A stretch of DNA of 64,000 bases from Candidatus Dormiibacterota bacterium. GTDB taxonomy: Bacteria; Chloroflexota; Dormibacteria; Aeolococcales; Aeolococcaceae. This document shows positions 32,619 through 44,267 of this stretch, one piece after another (the stretch's first letter is position 1; every line of letters begins with the position of its first letter). The notes below the pieces were generated by a model. That model worked only from the letters and a program-made list of their open reading frames with translations. It was not told the origin of the DNA and made no database searches. The position numbers and the translations under genes are program-made. Location: positions 35,453-99,452 of the forward strand of contig CAVYGR010000001.1 of NCBI GenBank assembly GCA_963768105.1, given 5' to 3'.

Positions 32619-33572
32619 TTATGGAACCGGGTCGTCGTCAGTGGAATCTCCAACGACGTACGTCGGCCGGTCCATGAGACGGAAGTGCATGCGGGCCACG
32701 TACTCACCCATGATGCCGAGGATCAGCAGCTGGACACCAGCGAAGATCGCGACGATGGACGCGAGAAATGGAAACCCAGGGACAGAGATGCCCCCCGCGA
32801 AGAAACGAATGACGACCACGGCAAAGACGACGATGCCGAAGATGGTGAACAGAAAGCCGATCATGCTCGCGATTCGCAATGGGCGGCTGGTGAACCCGGT
32901 GATCATGTTGGTGGCATGCTGCACGAGCCGCCCAAACGTGTAATTCGATCGCCCCTGCGACCGCGGCTCCTGACGGACACGAATTGCCGTGAAGCGGTTG
33001 GTCGCCCAGGTCAGAAGCACATCGATGGACATGTCCGGACTCTGAAAGCGCTCGAATGCACGACGAAGATCGGTACGGAAAGCACGGAAGGAGCTCACGC
33101 TTCGTGCCGCCGGCGTACCCATGGCCTCCTCGAGCGCGTATTTCGTGATCCGAGAGGCAGCGGACCGCCAGAGGCTGTGTTGCTCGGATATGGGTGATCC
33201 ATAGACGACATCAACATCGTCGGTGAGGCATTCGACCAGACGAGAGATCTCCTCCGGTGGGTTCTGAAGGTCGTCATCGAGCGTGACGACGTACTGAAAT
33301 CGAGCGGCTCGAATTCCCACCAACAGGGCGTTGTGCTGGCCGAAGTTGCGCATCAGTCGGAATCCACGAACCCGCCGGTCGTCTCGCGCGGCGGCGGCGA
33401 TGACCGACCAACTGCCGTCAGGGCTACCGTCGTCGACCAGAATGATCTCGTGGTCGGGGACGATGGCTTGAAGTGCAGCGGTCAGCCGGGGCAGCAGTAG
33501 CGGCAGGGTCTTCTCGGCACGATGCACCGGAATCACCGCCGAAATCCCTGGACTTAGCTGGGTAGGCGCCAT
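32619..33572 (-). CDS. Polyprenyl-phosphate glycosyltransferase (GT2, GtrB/ArnC/DPM1-like) with C-terminal TM helices
   Basis: ISAVIPVHRAEKTL...IILVDDGSPDGS...MRNFGQHNALLVGIRAA...VVTLDDDLQNPPEEI is followed by two C-terminal TM segments. The start was chosen at ATG 33572, 5 nt after the upstream stop. Confidence 0.85.
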   Translation of the reverse strand: MAPTQLSPGISAVIPVHRAEKTLPLLLPRLTAALQAIVPDHEIILVDDGSPDGSWSVIAAAARDDRRVRGFRLMRNFGQHNALLVGIRAARFQYVVTLDDDLQNPPEEISRLVECLTDDVDVVYGSPISEQHSLWRSAASRITKYALEEAMGTPAARSVSSFRAFRTDLRRAFERFQSPDMSIDVLLTWATNRFTAIRVRQEPRSQGRSNYTFGRLVQHATNMITGFTSRPLRIASMIGFLFTIFGIVVFAVVVIRFFAGGISVPGFPFLASIVAIFAGVQLLILGIMGEYVARMHFRLMDRPTYVVGDSTDDDPVP

Positions 33573-33576
33573 GTGT

Positions 33577-35853
33577 CTAACCGACGGCGATGATCGTTGC
33601 ATCGCTATTGGTGAATACGACCCGACCCAGCCCGAGAACGGCCGCGTCAGCGCCGCCATGGATGCGGTCGATGAAAAGAAAGCGCACCCCGTACCGCTGA
33701 GTCAGGATAGCCAGCGCCGCCGCATCCGCGTGGTCGAAAACCGCGTCGTTCAGTCGCGCCCGATACACGAAGCTGACCTCCGCGGGTGTGGGTATCCCGA
33801 CCGTGATGCCGTAATCGTCAGGATTGTAGGATTCCACGAAGATCTGTCGCTCGGAGAACGCGGAATAGTTTTGATCCCGACCGTCAGTTGCCGCAGCGTC
33901 GATCCAGTGATTGCTCACAGCGAACACGGTATCGACTGACGTATGGTTCTGCAACCATTCGAGCGCCACCAACAGGCCCGGCGTGAGACCTCGCACCTTT
34001 TGAGGGTCGGGTTGCGTGACCGTGACGGGACGACCCGACAGGAACCGTCCAACCGTCGGGGAAAGCTGAATGGGTGTCGTCAGCGCGGCCGCGGCGGTCA
34101 GGGGAATCAATCCAATGGCGAGCACGCCGGGCGACCGCAGGTGTAGGACGCTCGAGTACCGCACGACCGCGGTGACGAAGACGACATACAGGACCGTTAT
34201 CAAGGCATATCGGAGTACGAGACCGCCGTGAGCAAGGGTTGGCGATGTCACCGCGGAGATCGCGAGGATGAGCGCCACCCAACCCACAAACGCAAGGATG
34301 ACGGCCCTCATCGCAGAGGCACCCAGGGTTTGGACATCCAACCAAGCCAGGCGCAGACCGGCGGCAGCGACGATGAAGCCGGCCGCGAATCCCGTGTCCT
34401 GAAAATAAAGCTCGCTGGATCCAACCTGGTGGAAAAGATTCGCGATGAGTATCCCTCCTCCGAACATGCAGAGAGGCAACATGCAGCGGGAGAGTTGCGC
34501 CCGGTGCCGTCGTCGCAGGAGCGAGAGCATCCCGGCAAATGGGAGCAGCATGCCGGCGAGGCCGGCGACATAGGCAAAAGGAAGGGCAACCGTTCGAAGA
34601 GGGACGCTGGAGATCTTGTTGGCGACCTTTACGGGCGCGGTGTATTGGTAAGAGGCGATTGGTTCAATCACAGTGCCGGGAACCCCTCCTCCGTAGACGA
34701 TGGCGAACGTCGCCGCGAAGATCACGATCCCCAGCCCAAACACCAGCAGCGCGTTTGTGGAGACGGTGCGTCTGGTGACGAATACAACCACCGCGTACAA
34801 GCCGGTGCCGACGACGATGACGGGGAGGATCGTTGCCTTTGATCCCGATGCGCCGATCATTAGCAGGCCGATCACGACCCACGAGCCAATGTCCGAAGGG
34901 GTTCGCCACGTTGTCGATTGGAGGCGCTCCGCAATCAAGTAGACCAATGCCAGGAAGAAGGTCAATCCGAACGGAAACGTCCAGCTTGCCCAGAGGTGAA
35001 AGCTGAAGAGATCGAAGAACGGCGGTGCTCCGGGATCCGTGGTCAGATCGAGCGGCCCCAACATGAAGCCGACGACGACCGCGAGCACACCGACCCACGT
35101 ACTCCTCCCAATAAACCGTCCCACGACGAACAGCTGAAATCCGATCATCAGGACTGTCGGAAGAAAGTCCAGCCTCAAGGCGATCACCGGAATTGACACG
35201 CCGGTTACCTGATTGATCGCCGCCATCTGATAGAAGACGAACCACTGGTAATGCAAGGGCACTCCGGACAGTCCGGGGCTGGTTGGGGGCCAGTGGTTCC
35301 TGACTTCCGCGGTCAGCCCGATGAAGTTGGGGAAGTCGACGTAGTACGAGACCGGTGTCGTCAGCGACGGCAAGGGCACGGTTGGAAGGAACGCGAGGCA
35401 TATGTAGCCAAGCCCCAACGACAGCGCCGCCGCCAGCACCCACATCACGCGCCCGGATATCCGGTCTTCTGAGGAGTCCCTCAGCTCGTAGCGGCGGCGT
35501 CTCCAGATCCAGAGCGCACAGGCGGCGACGACGACGATTGGATAGGTTGGGAAAAGGCCCCGCGAGCCCGTGGCCGCGGTGGCGCTGAACGCAAGGATCT
35601 CCAGGGTCTGCCCCAGCGGCCAGCCCAACGCCACCGTAACGAGCCAGCCCTCGCGTCCTCTGAGTGCCCAGAGCAGCGCTGCCCCTGGAAAGAGGATAAA
35701 GGCGATCTCGTAGCCCACGAACCTGGCGATGTCGCCTGCGCCGACGCCCGATATCGCCCAGATCAGCACAACGACGGCTGCCACCAGCCCCGCTGGTCCG
35801 AGCGCACGGCGCGGCATCAAAGGCGTACCGCGCCTACCGTCGGCAGCACCCAA
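33577..35853 (-). CDS. GT-C-type polytopic membrane glycosyltransferase candidate (758 aa)
   Basis: The intact ORF has many TM helices followed by a soluble C-terminal domain of about 190 aa. It lies directly upstream of, and is co-oriented with, the GtrB-like gene. Confidence 0.55.
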   Translation of the reverse strand: MGAADGRRGTPLMPRRALGPAGLVAAVVVLIWAISGVGAGDIARFVGYEIAFILFPGAALLWALRGREGWLVTVALGWPLGQTLEILAFSATAATGSRGLFPTYPIVVVAACALWIWRRRRYELRDSSEDRISGRVMWVLAAALSLGLGYICLAFLPTVPLPSLTTPVSYYVDFPNFIGLTAEVRNHWPPTSPGLSGVPLHYQWFVFYQMAAINQVTGVSIPVIALRLDFLPTVLMIGFQLFVVGRFIGRSTWVGVLAVVVGFMLGPLDLTTDPGAPPFFDLFSFHLWASWTFPFGLTFFLALVYLIAERLQSTTWRTPSDIGSWVVIGLLMIGASGSKATILPVIVVGTGLYAVVVFVTRRTVSTNALLVFGLGIVIFAATFAIVYGGGVPGTVIEPIASYQYTAPVKVANKISSVPLRTVALPFAYVAGLAGMLLPFAGMLSLLRRRHRAQLSRCMLPLCMFGGGILIANLFHQVGSSELYFQDTGFAAGFIVAAAGLRLAWLDVQTLGASAMRAVILAFVGWVALILAISAVTSPTLAHGGLVLRYALITVLYVVFVTAVVRYSSVLHLRSPGVLAIGLIPLTAAAALTTPIQLSPTVGRFLSGRPVTVTQPDPQKVRGLTPGLLVALEWLQNHTSVDTVFAVSNHWIDAAATDGRDQNYSAFSERQIFVESYNPDDYGITVGIPTPAEVSFVYRARLNDAVFDHADAAALAILTQRYGVRFLFIDRIHGGADAAVLGLGRVVFTNSDATIIAVG

Positions 35854-35863
35854 CCGAGCTCCG

Positions 35864-37378
35864 TCACGGTCTGCTCAGCTTCTTGAGCCCCGTTCCCAAG
35901 AGCGCGACTCCCATGGCGGCCCAGACGACGCCGACGGCGCCACAGCGAAGCAGAAAACCGGCGATGTCGAGGCGCCCAGACGTGAGGTGAGCAGCGTGTG
36001 CGTCGAGCAGGATGGTGCCAGCGGCCGCCACAGCGATGACGGATGCGAGCTTGGCGTAGAGGCGAAAGCGCAGAGCGGCATCGTGGGTCCAGATGTGGGA
36101 AGAGGCGGTTTCAAAGATCACAATCGCGACGGCGAATTGTATCCAGACATCGTTCACCGCGACTCCCTGAGCGCCCCCGCCCGCCCGGAGCACGAGGATG
36201 TTGGCGCCAACGTTGACCAGCAGCGCGACCGTCCAGATTGCGAGATGACGCCTCTGACGATTCACGCGTTTGGAGTCGAGCACCAAGGACGGGACGGTCG
36301 CGATCGGGAGAAGCAGGATGGTGAGCGCAAGGATGTCGAACAGCCGGATCGACGGTTGGAAGCTCGGCAGGAATGCCACGACCACTGGGGCGAAGCCGGC
36401 CTGACCCAAGCCCGCTGTGGCACCCGCGATGACCGCCAGGGCGAGCGTGATCCGCTCGGCGTGTCGGGACCACAGCGGGCCGGTTGCGCCGAGGGAGAGC
36501 TCGCGCCAGATGTTGGGCAGCAGCACCGCCTGGATGCCACCGATCGCGCTCGTGGCAACGGCCACCGGTGCGGCGGCGAACGCGTACAGTCCGAACGTGG
36601 CCGCCTTGGTTGCGAGCGCCACCGAGGTGCTGCCGACCAGGCGGTATGCCCAGTAGACCTCTGCCAGCAGCCCGAGCGGAAACCCGACCCCCAGGAATGC
36701 GCGTGCCAGGTGGGCGTCAAACGACGGACGAAGTTCCAGCGGCGGTCGGAACGCGAAATACATGAGCGCCGTCACGACCGAAGTCACCGCGGGCGCAAGG
36801 AATATCCCGGGCGTCCCGATCGTCGCGACGAAGACGATGAGCAGGACGGGACCCAGGATCGCCTGCGCGAATGCAACCTTGCCGACGACGTCGAATCGAC
36901 GGCGAGCCGACCACAAGGTGGAGAGGAACGTGCCGCCGCTCGAGGCGACCACCGCCGCAGGTGCGATGAAGAATCCCAGCTGACGCACCCCGGGCCCGAG
37001 GAAGATTCCAATGATGGCGATGACGACGCCCGGAATCGCCGAGACAATCAGCTCGACGGATACGCCGACGTTCTGCGTGCGACGCGCCTCACGCTCTTCG
37101 CCGCGCGAGAGGTGGTCGATGAACGACCGGACCGAGCCCTCGAACACCCCGCTCCGGATCAGAGTCGCGTACAGGTAGATGAGCAGGACGAACTGCCCAT
37201 CGCCGTAGCGAACGGGTCCAAGCCGGCGCGCGGCGAAAAACCCCGCGCCGACGGCGAGCGCCGAGCCGACCAGCGAGGCGCCGGACAGACCTGACGCCGA
37301 GCGAAGAATCCTGCGCAGGCCGAGGCTTTCCAGGGGATCCGGGACCTCCGCCTCCAGTGGCAGCTCCTCCCCGGTCAC
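35864..37378 (-). CDS. Wzx/MOP-family oligosaccharide flippase
   Basis: The protein is about 504 aa with roughly 12-14 TM helices, as in polysaccharide biosynthesis proteins. GTG 37378 overlaps the upstream GT2 stop as GTGA. Confidence 0.72.
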   Translation of the reverse strand: MTGEELPLEAEVPDPLESLGLRRILRSASGLSGASLVGSALAVGAGFFAARRLGPVRYGDGQFVLLIYLYATLIRSGVFEGSVRSFIDHLSRGEEREARRTQNVGVSVELIVSAIPGVVIAIIGIFLGPGVRQLGFFIAPAAVVASSGGTFLSTLWSARRRFDVVGKVAFAQAILGPVLLIVFVATIGTPGIFLAPAVTSVVTALMYFAFRPPLELRPSFDAHLARAFLGVGFPLGLLAEVYWAYRLVGSTSVALATKAATFGLYAFAAAPVAVATSAIGGIQAVLLPNIWRELSLGATGPLWSRHAERITLALAVIAGATAGLGQAGFAPVVVAFLPSFQPSIRLFDILALTILLLPIATVPSLVLDSKRVNRQRRHLAIWTVALLVNVGANILVLRAGGGAQGVAVNDVWIQFAVAIVIFETASSHIWTHDAALRFRLYAKLASVIAVAAAGTILLDAHAAHLTSGRLDIAGFLLRCGAVGVVWAAMGVALLGTGLKKLSRP

Positions 37379-38358
37379 CAGCGCCGCCGGCGAGCGGCGT
37401 CTCCCAACCTGACGGCGAGCGATGGCGACGCAAGCAGCAAGGTGGCTTCCAGGGCCATCCGAGGCGGCCCGGTCAGGCATCTGGCGGCGGCCATCCGGGC
37501 CCTCCAGCCGCCCCCGTCTCGAGCGGCGGCATAGGCGATCGCCAGCGCCCGCCGGCCCTTCATCCAGCTCAGACCGGCGAGAGCAGCCGCCCGCTGAGCG
37601 TCATCGCCGGCTTCGGCGACGGCCCGCTCAAGGACCCGAACGTAGGTGTCGAAGATGACGGCGCGGTGGCTGAGCCCCGCGGAATCGACCCGATACAGCA
37701 CGGTGGGGGCAGGTATCCCGTGGACCCGGAGACCGTTCCTGATCATCCGGATCCACAGGTCCCAATCCTCCGCGCCGGAGACCCCATCGCGGAAACCACC
37801 GGCCTCGTCGTAGGCCCGGCGGGGGAAGAGGGCCCCGATCGATACGAAGTTGTGGCGGAGGATGCCGAGCACCTGGCGGTCAGCGGGGGGAATCGGGAAA
37901 TGGTCCCGATGGGTCGCGGCGTGCACCCCCCTGCCGGGACGCCAGCGCATCACGTCGGCACACACGATCCCGCCACAGCGCTCGTGCAGGCGGGCCGCCG
38001 ATTCGAGGTGGTCGGGGAGCCAGACGTCGTCGGCGTCGAGGAGCGCGATCAGGGGGGCGTCGATAGCGGCTATGGCCGCTCGGCGCGCGGCGGCCGGGCC
38101 CGAATTCCGCTCCAATCGCACCACCTCGAGTGGTAGGAGGCCCTGCCAGCGGCGCGCCAGCTCGGGGGTGTCATCGCCCGAGTGGTCGTCGCCGACGACC
38201 ACCGCCGACGCAGCGTGCGTCTGGGCGGCGATCGACGCGAGCGCCGCATCCAGTGTATGCGCCGAGTTGTACGCGGGGATGACCACGGCGATCGAGCTCG
38301 CAGCGCCTCGCGGGGCGGCGCCAGCGGCGGCCGGCGGCCCCTGCGGCTCCGTCGTCAT
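37375..38358 (-). CDS. Family 2 glycosyltransferase
   Basis: IAVVIPAYNSAHTLDAALASIAAQT...VVGDDHSGDDT...LLDADDVWLPDHL is present. Confidence 0.85.
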   Translation of the reverse strand: MTTEPQGPPAAAGAAPRGAASSIAVVIPAYNSAHTLDAALASIAAQTHAASAVVVGDDHSGDDTPELARRWQGLLPLEVVRLERNSGPAAARRAAIAAIDAPLIALLDADDVWLPDHLESAARLHERCGGIVCADVMRWRPGRGVHAATHRDHFPIPPADRQVLGILRHNFVSIGALFPRRAYDEAGGFRDGVSGAEDWDLWIRMIRNGLRVHGIPAPTVLYRVDSAGLSHRAVIFDTYVRVLERAVAEAGDDAQRAAALAGLSWMKGRRALAIAYAAARDGGGWRARMAAARCLTGPPRMALEATLLLASPSLAVRLGDAARRRRW

Positions 38359-38423
38359 CGGCCCAAGCGTACCCGCAGGAATCAGCCGTGGGTTGCGTTT
38401 GCCGCTCTCTATGATCTGCAGGT

Positions 38424-39503
38424 GTGAGCGCCCACGTATACGGCAACACGGAATTCCAGATCGGCGATCGGCGGGTTGGCCCGGGGAACCCGTGCTACGT
38501 GATCGCGGAGGCGGGATCCAACCACAACCGCGATCTCGGCATGGCGCTGCGTCTCATCGAGGTCGCCGCCGAGGCCGGCGCCGACGCGGTCAAGTTCCAG
38601 ACCTACACGGCCGAAGGTCTCTATTCGCGACGGACACCGGACATGAGCTATCTCAAGGAGCAGGGCCTCGTCGGCGATCGTGAGTCGGTGTGGGAGCTCA
38701 TCAAGCGCGTGGAGATCCCGTGGGAATGGCACGCCGATCTGGCTCGCCACGCGGCGAACGTGGGCATCACATTCTTCTCGACGCCGTTTGAGGAGGCCGC
38801 CGTCGATCTGCTGGAAACGCTCGACGTTCCCGCCTACAAGATCGCGTCGTATGAGGTGAATCACCTGCCGCTCATTGAGCGCGCGGCCCGTACCGGCAAG
38901 CCCCTGCTGATCTCCACCGGCATGGCCGCGCTGGGCGATATCGAACGGGCGCTCGACACCGCTGCCGCTGCCGGGGCGCATGACCTGTTGGTGATGCACT
39001 GCGCGGTCAACTACCCCCCGCGCTTCGAGGATCTCAATCTCCGCGCCATCACGACGCTCCGGGATGCGTTCCAGGTTCCCATCGGGTGGTCGGATCACAC
39101 CCCGGGGCACACCGCCGATGTCGTCGCGGTGGTGCTGGGCGCGTGCGCCATCGAGAAGCACTTCACGGTGAGCCGCAACCAGGAGGGACCCGACCATCCC
39201 TTCGCGCTGGAACCGGATGAGCTCAAGGCCATGGTCCGGGCCATTCGCGAGACCGAAGCGTCGCTGGGATCGAGCGTCAAGCGTGTCACGGAGTCGGAGG
39301 CCGAGATGTACCGGCTCGGACGTCGCAGCATCGTGGCGGCGCGGGACGTCGCCGCAGGTCACACGATCACGCGAGACGACATCGCCATCAAGCGTCCGGG
39401 GTTCGGCATTCCGGTGCACGACCTGGACCGTGTCATAGGAAGTCACGCGGTCCGGGCGCTGGAGTCCGACGAAGTCCTGCAATGGGATGACCTCGTGCGG
39501 TGA
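38424..39503 (+). CDS. pseI: Pseudaminic acid synthase (NeuB family nonulosonate synthase)
   Basis: NPCYVIAEAGSNHNRDLGMALRLIEVAAEAGADAVKFQTY is followed by a C-terminal SAF/antifreeze-like domain. The pse gene context supports the call. Confidence 0.82.
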   Translation: MSAHVYGNTEFQIGDRRVGPGNPCYVIAEAGSNHNRDLGMALRLIEVAAEAGADAVKFQTYTAEGLYSRRTPDMSYLKEQGLVGDRESVWELIKRVEIPWEWHADLARHAANVGITFFSTPFEEAAVDLLETLDVPAYKIASYEVNHLPLIERAARTGKPLLISTGMAALGDIERALDTAAAAGAHDLLVMHCAVNYPPRFEDLNLRAITTLRDAFQVPIGWSDHTPGHTADVVAVVLGACAIEKHFTVSRNQEGPDHPFALEPDELKAMVRAIRETEASLGSSVKRVTESEAEMYRLGRRSIVAARDVAAGHTITRDDIAIKRPGFGIPVHDLDRVIGSHAVRALESDEVLQWDDLVR

Positions 39504-39979
39504 CGACCGGCAGGTCAGACCACCGCGTGACCCTGCGCCGGGCACGTGAGGATGACGCCCCCCTGCTCCGCGAGTGGCGCAACGAGGCGGACGCGGTTCG
39601 ATTCAGCGCGACCGCTCGACCTGTGTCTGGAGCGGCGCACGCGCGGTGGTTGGCCGCGCGCCTGGCCGATGCCGGGACGCGCCTCTGGGTCGGCGAGGAG
39701 GCAGGGGTCCCCGTGGGGCAGGTGCGCGTCGATCTGCTTGACGGCTCCGGCGTGGTGTCGATCGCTGTTGCAACCGCGGCACGGGGACGGGGTATTGGAC
39801 AGGCGATGCTGCGCGCCGCGATCGAGGAGATTGCTCAGGAGGACGCTGCGACCCAGCTGAGGGCCTTGATTCACCCCGATAACACCGCGTCGCTGCGAGC
39901 ATTCGAACGAGTTGGATTTCGCCGTGTGTCGTCGGACGAGCACGGATTCGTGGTCCTGGAACGGGCCGCCTCCGGCTGA
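39500..39979 (+). CDS. pseH: GNAT N-acetyltransferase, PseH-like
   Basis: The start overlaps the pseI stop. LRRAREDDAPLLREWRNE and AVATAARGRGIGQAML form the acetyl-CoA motif. Confidence 0.65.
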   Translation: MTTGRSDHRVTLRRAREDDAPLLREWRNEADAVRFSATARPVSGAAHARWLAARLADAGTRLWVGEEAGVPVGQVRVDLLDGSGVVSIAVATAARGRGIGQAMLRAAIEEIAQEDAATQLRALIHPDNTASLRAFERVGFRRVSSDEHGFVVLERAASG

Positions 39980-39992
39980 CGCTCGCGTGTCG

Positions 39993-40774
39993 TTACCCCG
40001 TCTTGTGTTGCCCGTGCGCAGCCGCGCGCTGAGCCAGGTAGCGCTCGTTCCTCGCAGGCAGGTGCCGTTGATCCCAGAGCTCGGTATGGCTCTCGAAATA
40101 TGCGACCACAGCGCCCAGGTTCGGCGGCGGTGACGCAGGCAGCGCGGAGAGGATGGTGCGTACCCGGTCGAGGTCGGCGGGGACGTCGACGGTGAGACGA
40201 ATCCATGTCAGGTCACGGTCGTTGCGCAGCTGCGCGGTTCGGTACTCGTCAGGGTGCTCCCGGATGCGCGGGGTGACGTGCTCGCGTTCGTAGCCGAGGG
40301 TTGATTCGACGTCGACCCGCCTCAGACATTCGGCGGTGAGCACCTCGGCGTCGTATCCCTCCGGGAAGCTCGGCTCCAGGACATTGCTCGCGTACTCGGC
40401 GTCCGCGTCGGCGCGGACGCGTACCAGCCTGTCGACGAGTTCCGGGTCGACCAGGGGGCAGTCGGCGGTGATCCTGACCACGACGCCGGCGCCGTGCTGC
40501 TCGGCGGCGAGCACGTACCGGCCCAGCACGTCCAAAAGCGATCCGCGGGTCACGCCGGCGCCGCGTTCGGCTGCGAGCTCGGCGACGGCGTCGTCCTCGG
40601 GCCCATCGGTGGTGGCGACCACCACCCGGTCAAGAGTTCTCGGCAAGCCGGAGTCGCTCGATGATGTGGGCCAGCATCGGCTTGCCGCCGAGGTCGGCGA
40701 GCACCTTGCCGGGAAACCGAGTTCGAGCTCATCCGTGCCTGGACCACCGCGACGGTCTTGAGCGCGTGCTTCAT
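39993..40774 (-). pseudogene. pseF: Nonulosonate (pseudaminic acid) cytidylyltransferase, SpsF/PseF-like, with two +1 frameshifts (40719-40724, 40634-40639)
   Basis: Three frames join as MKHALKTVAVVQARMSS / TRFPGKVLADLGGKPMLAHIIERLRLAE / LDRVVVATTDGPEDD...ITADCPLVDP. Both breaks sit on plus-strand GAGTTC. Confidence 0.72.
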
Positions 40775-41755
40775 GCGGTCCCGACCTGGGCGAGACGGTG
40801 CACCGCCTGCGCCACCCGCGCCGCGCCGTGCCCATCGACCAGCGCGCGGCCACGCGCGGCCATGTCATCGCAAAGCGGCACGTCGTCGAGCAGCCTCAGA
40901 CACTGCGACGCGATGTCCGAGCCGTCTGTCACGACGGCGCACCCGGCGGACGCGAGCGCTGCGGCCTGAGCGGCCTGATTCGAGATCGCGGCGGTGATGA
41001 CCGCGGGAATCCCAACGCAGGCCGCCTGCACCGCCGTCGTACCTGCCGCCCCCGCATACACCGTCGCGCCAACCATGACCTCTGCCAGGTTGGGTGGCGC
41101 GATGAGCACGCGTTCACGCGGACGAGGCGGTCGATCGCGGGCCGATGTATCGGGTCCTACCACCACCACGACCTCGATGGTCCTGTCGGTCCGCCGCAGA
41201 TCTGCGCTGACCGAGTTCGGCGAGACCGCCCATGTCGGTCCATCCGGTCGAGACCAGCACCGTTCGCGCGGGGCGCCCGCGGCGCATCACCTCCTCGCGC
41301 GCGCCGGCGAACGCGTCGCGCAGCAAGGCAAAGGTCGCGCCGCCGAGAAACGCGTCGGCGCCCGCGGGACGCATGGCCTCACCTCCGGGCGACGGGTTGA
41401 CGGCGAGGTCGCAGTCTGCCGGCAGGCCGAGGTCGTCGACAACGGTCAGCGGCGCGCGCAGGCGGAGCCGGTGCTGCAGTGCGGGGTCGAAGGCATATCC
41501 GTCGAGGACGATGACGGTCGGCGGCTGCACCTGCGCCACGACGGATTCGACCCGGTGGGCGGCGTCACCCGTCGCTTCCAGCGCGTTGTGGCCGCGGTCG
41601 GAGACCCGGCCGCGCAGCACCCCATCTCCTGCGGGCACCAACACCGAGACCGCAAGGTGCGGGACCAGTGCGTCCGCGAGGGCGAGCAACCGCTCGACGT
41701 GACCGAGGCCCACGCCCTGACCGCAGTCGGGGACAAGCAGCGCTTGGGGAGTCAC
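40771..41755 (-). pseudogene. pseG: UDP-2,4-diacetamido-2,4,6-trideoxy-beta-L-altropyranose hydrolase PseG-like, +1 frameshift at 41213-41218
   Basis: GQGVGLGHVERLLALADAL...VLVSTGWTDMGGLAE (ORF 41114..41779) continues as SVSADLRRTDRTIEVVVVVGP...GAAGTTAVQAACVGIPAVI (ORF 40771..41169). GTGA and ATGA overlaps link it to pseC and pseF. Confidence 0.72.
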
Positions 41756-42947
41756 GCTGCGCCCGCGTGCGCCGCCCATGCCTGTATCCGACGCAGCGCG
41801 GTGATGACGTCATCCTGGTCCGAGGTGGTCATTGTCGAGTACAGCGGCAACGTCACCAGCCGCTTGCACAGGGCTTCGGCGCGCGGGATAGTACCAGGAA
41901 CACCTCCTCGAGCCCGATAGAACGAGAGCAGATGGAGGGCCGGGTAGTGGAGGGTCGCCTCGATGCCCTCTGCACGGAGGGCGTCGATCACCATGTCTCG
42001 CTCGCACCCGAACGTGCCCGGATCGATCTCGATGGGATAGATGTGCCACGCGTTGCGCCGTCCGGCGGGACGAGGTGGCACACCTATCCCGGGAATGTCC
42101 TGCAACAGCGCGTCGTACCGGTCCGCGATCTCGCTCCGCTCGGCGACGACCTCGTCGAGCCGGCGCAGCTGCGACCTGCCGAGCGCAGCCTGAAAGGCCG
42201 TCATCCGATGGTTGTCGCCCAGCATGGTGACGTCGTATTTCCAGAGCGCGCCCGTGCGCTCATCGGCGGTGCTGGTCATGCCGTGGTTGCGCAGGCTGCG
42301 AATGCGGGCGGCGAGCTCGCCGTCGTCGGTGAGGCACGCACCCCCTTCACCGGTGGTCATCTGCTTCACGGGATGAAAGCTCAGAGTCGTGATGTCAGCG
42401 AGCGAGCCGACCGGCCGCCCGTGCAGCGACCCGCCGAGCGAATGCGCGCTGTCGGCGATCACGGGAAGCGCTCTGGGCAGCGCGGCCCTGAGCGCAGGGA
42501 TGTCGGAGGGGAGGCCCGAGTAGTCGACCGTGATCACCGCCTTGGTGCGCGGGGTGACCGCGAGCGCGACGGACGCAGGGTCGAGGCACCGATCGTCGCC
42601 GACATCCGCGAACACCGGAGTCGCGCCGGCCCGCACCACGGCATTCGCAGTCGCGACGAAGGTCAGTGGCGTGGTGATCACTTCATCTCCGGGACCGATG
42701 CGCAGCGCCAGCACCGCCAGGTCGAGCGCGGCGCTTCCGTTGGCGACTACCGCTGCGTGCTCCACCTTGCAGCGGGCCGCCAGCGCGTGCTCGAAGTCCG
42801 CGATCTCCGCCCCCCCTGTGAGGGTACCCGAGCGCAGCGACGCGATCACGGCGTCGACGTCGCTCTCCTCGAGGTGGTGACGACCGTAGGGCAGCGGACG
42901 GAATCGCACCGGCGTGCCCCCGGCGATCGCCGGCGGATCGACCGGTT

Positions 42948-42951
<4 letters not shown>
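41752..42951 (-). CDS. pseC: UDP-4-amino-4,6-dideoxy-N-acetyl-beta-L-altrosamine transaminase (DegT/DnrJ/EryC1 family)
   Basis: ATG 42951 lies inside listed ORF 41752..43371. ITTPLTFVATANAV, DSAHSLG and SFHPVKQMTTGEGG (PLP Lys) are present, and the 399 aa are intact. Confidence 0.88.
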
Positions 42952-43988
<1,037 letters not shown>

Positions 43989-44033
43989 TCACGGGGTAGC
44001 CTACGGGACACCCTGCTCGGGTGGCGCCCGTTG

Positions 44034-44267
44034 ATGGTATCAAGGCGGTATCATCGCGCCGTGGCACTGACCGTCCGCACCGACGCTGAGATGGAGCGAG
44101 CGCTCACCGCCCTCACGGAGGCGGAAGGTGCATCCCGTCAGGAGATCATTCGCCGGGCGGTGCTGGAGCGATACGAGCGCGCCGCCCACGTCGCCCACGT
44201 GGACGGCGTCGCCGCGCATTTGGCTGATCGGTGGGAGGACGTCCTTGGGCGTCTCGGTGACACGTGA
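44034..44267 (+). CDS. Ribbon-helix-helix antitoxin (Phd/CopG-like)
   Basis: ATG 44034 lies inside ORF 43977..44267. VALTVRTDAEMERALTALTEAEGASRQEIIRRAVLERY is an RHH fold signature. The stop overlaps the doc start as GTGA. Confidence 0.7.
   Translation: MVSRRYHRAVALTVRTDAEMERALTALTEAEGASRQEIIRRAVLERYERAAHVAHVDGVAAHLADRWEDVLGRLGDT

Noticed and set aside
35729-37294. A 521-aa plus-strand ORF
   Set aside because: It is antisense to the Wzx-type flippase gene. Its composition is dominated by Arg/Asp/Glu/Gly/Gln, and I found no recognisable domain.
38409-39545. A 378-aa minus-strand ORF
   Set aside because: It is antisense to the well-conserved NeuB/PseI synthase gene and has low-complexity, charged composition.
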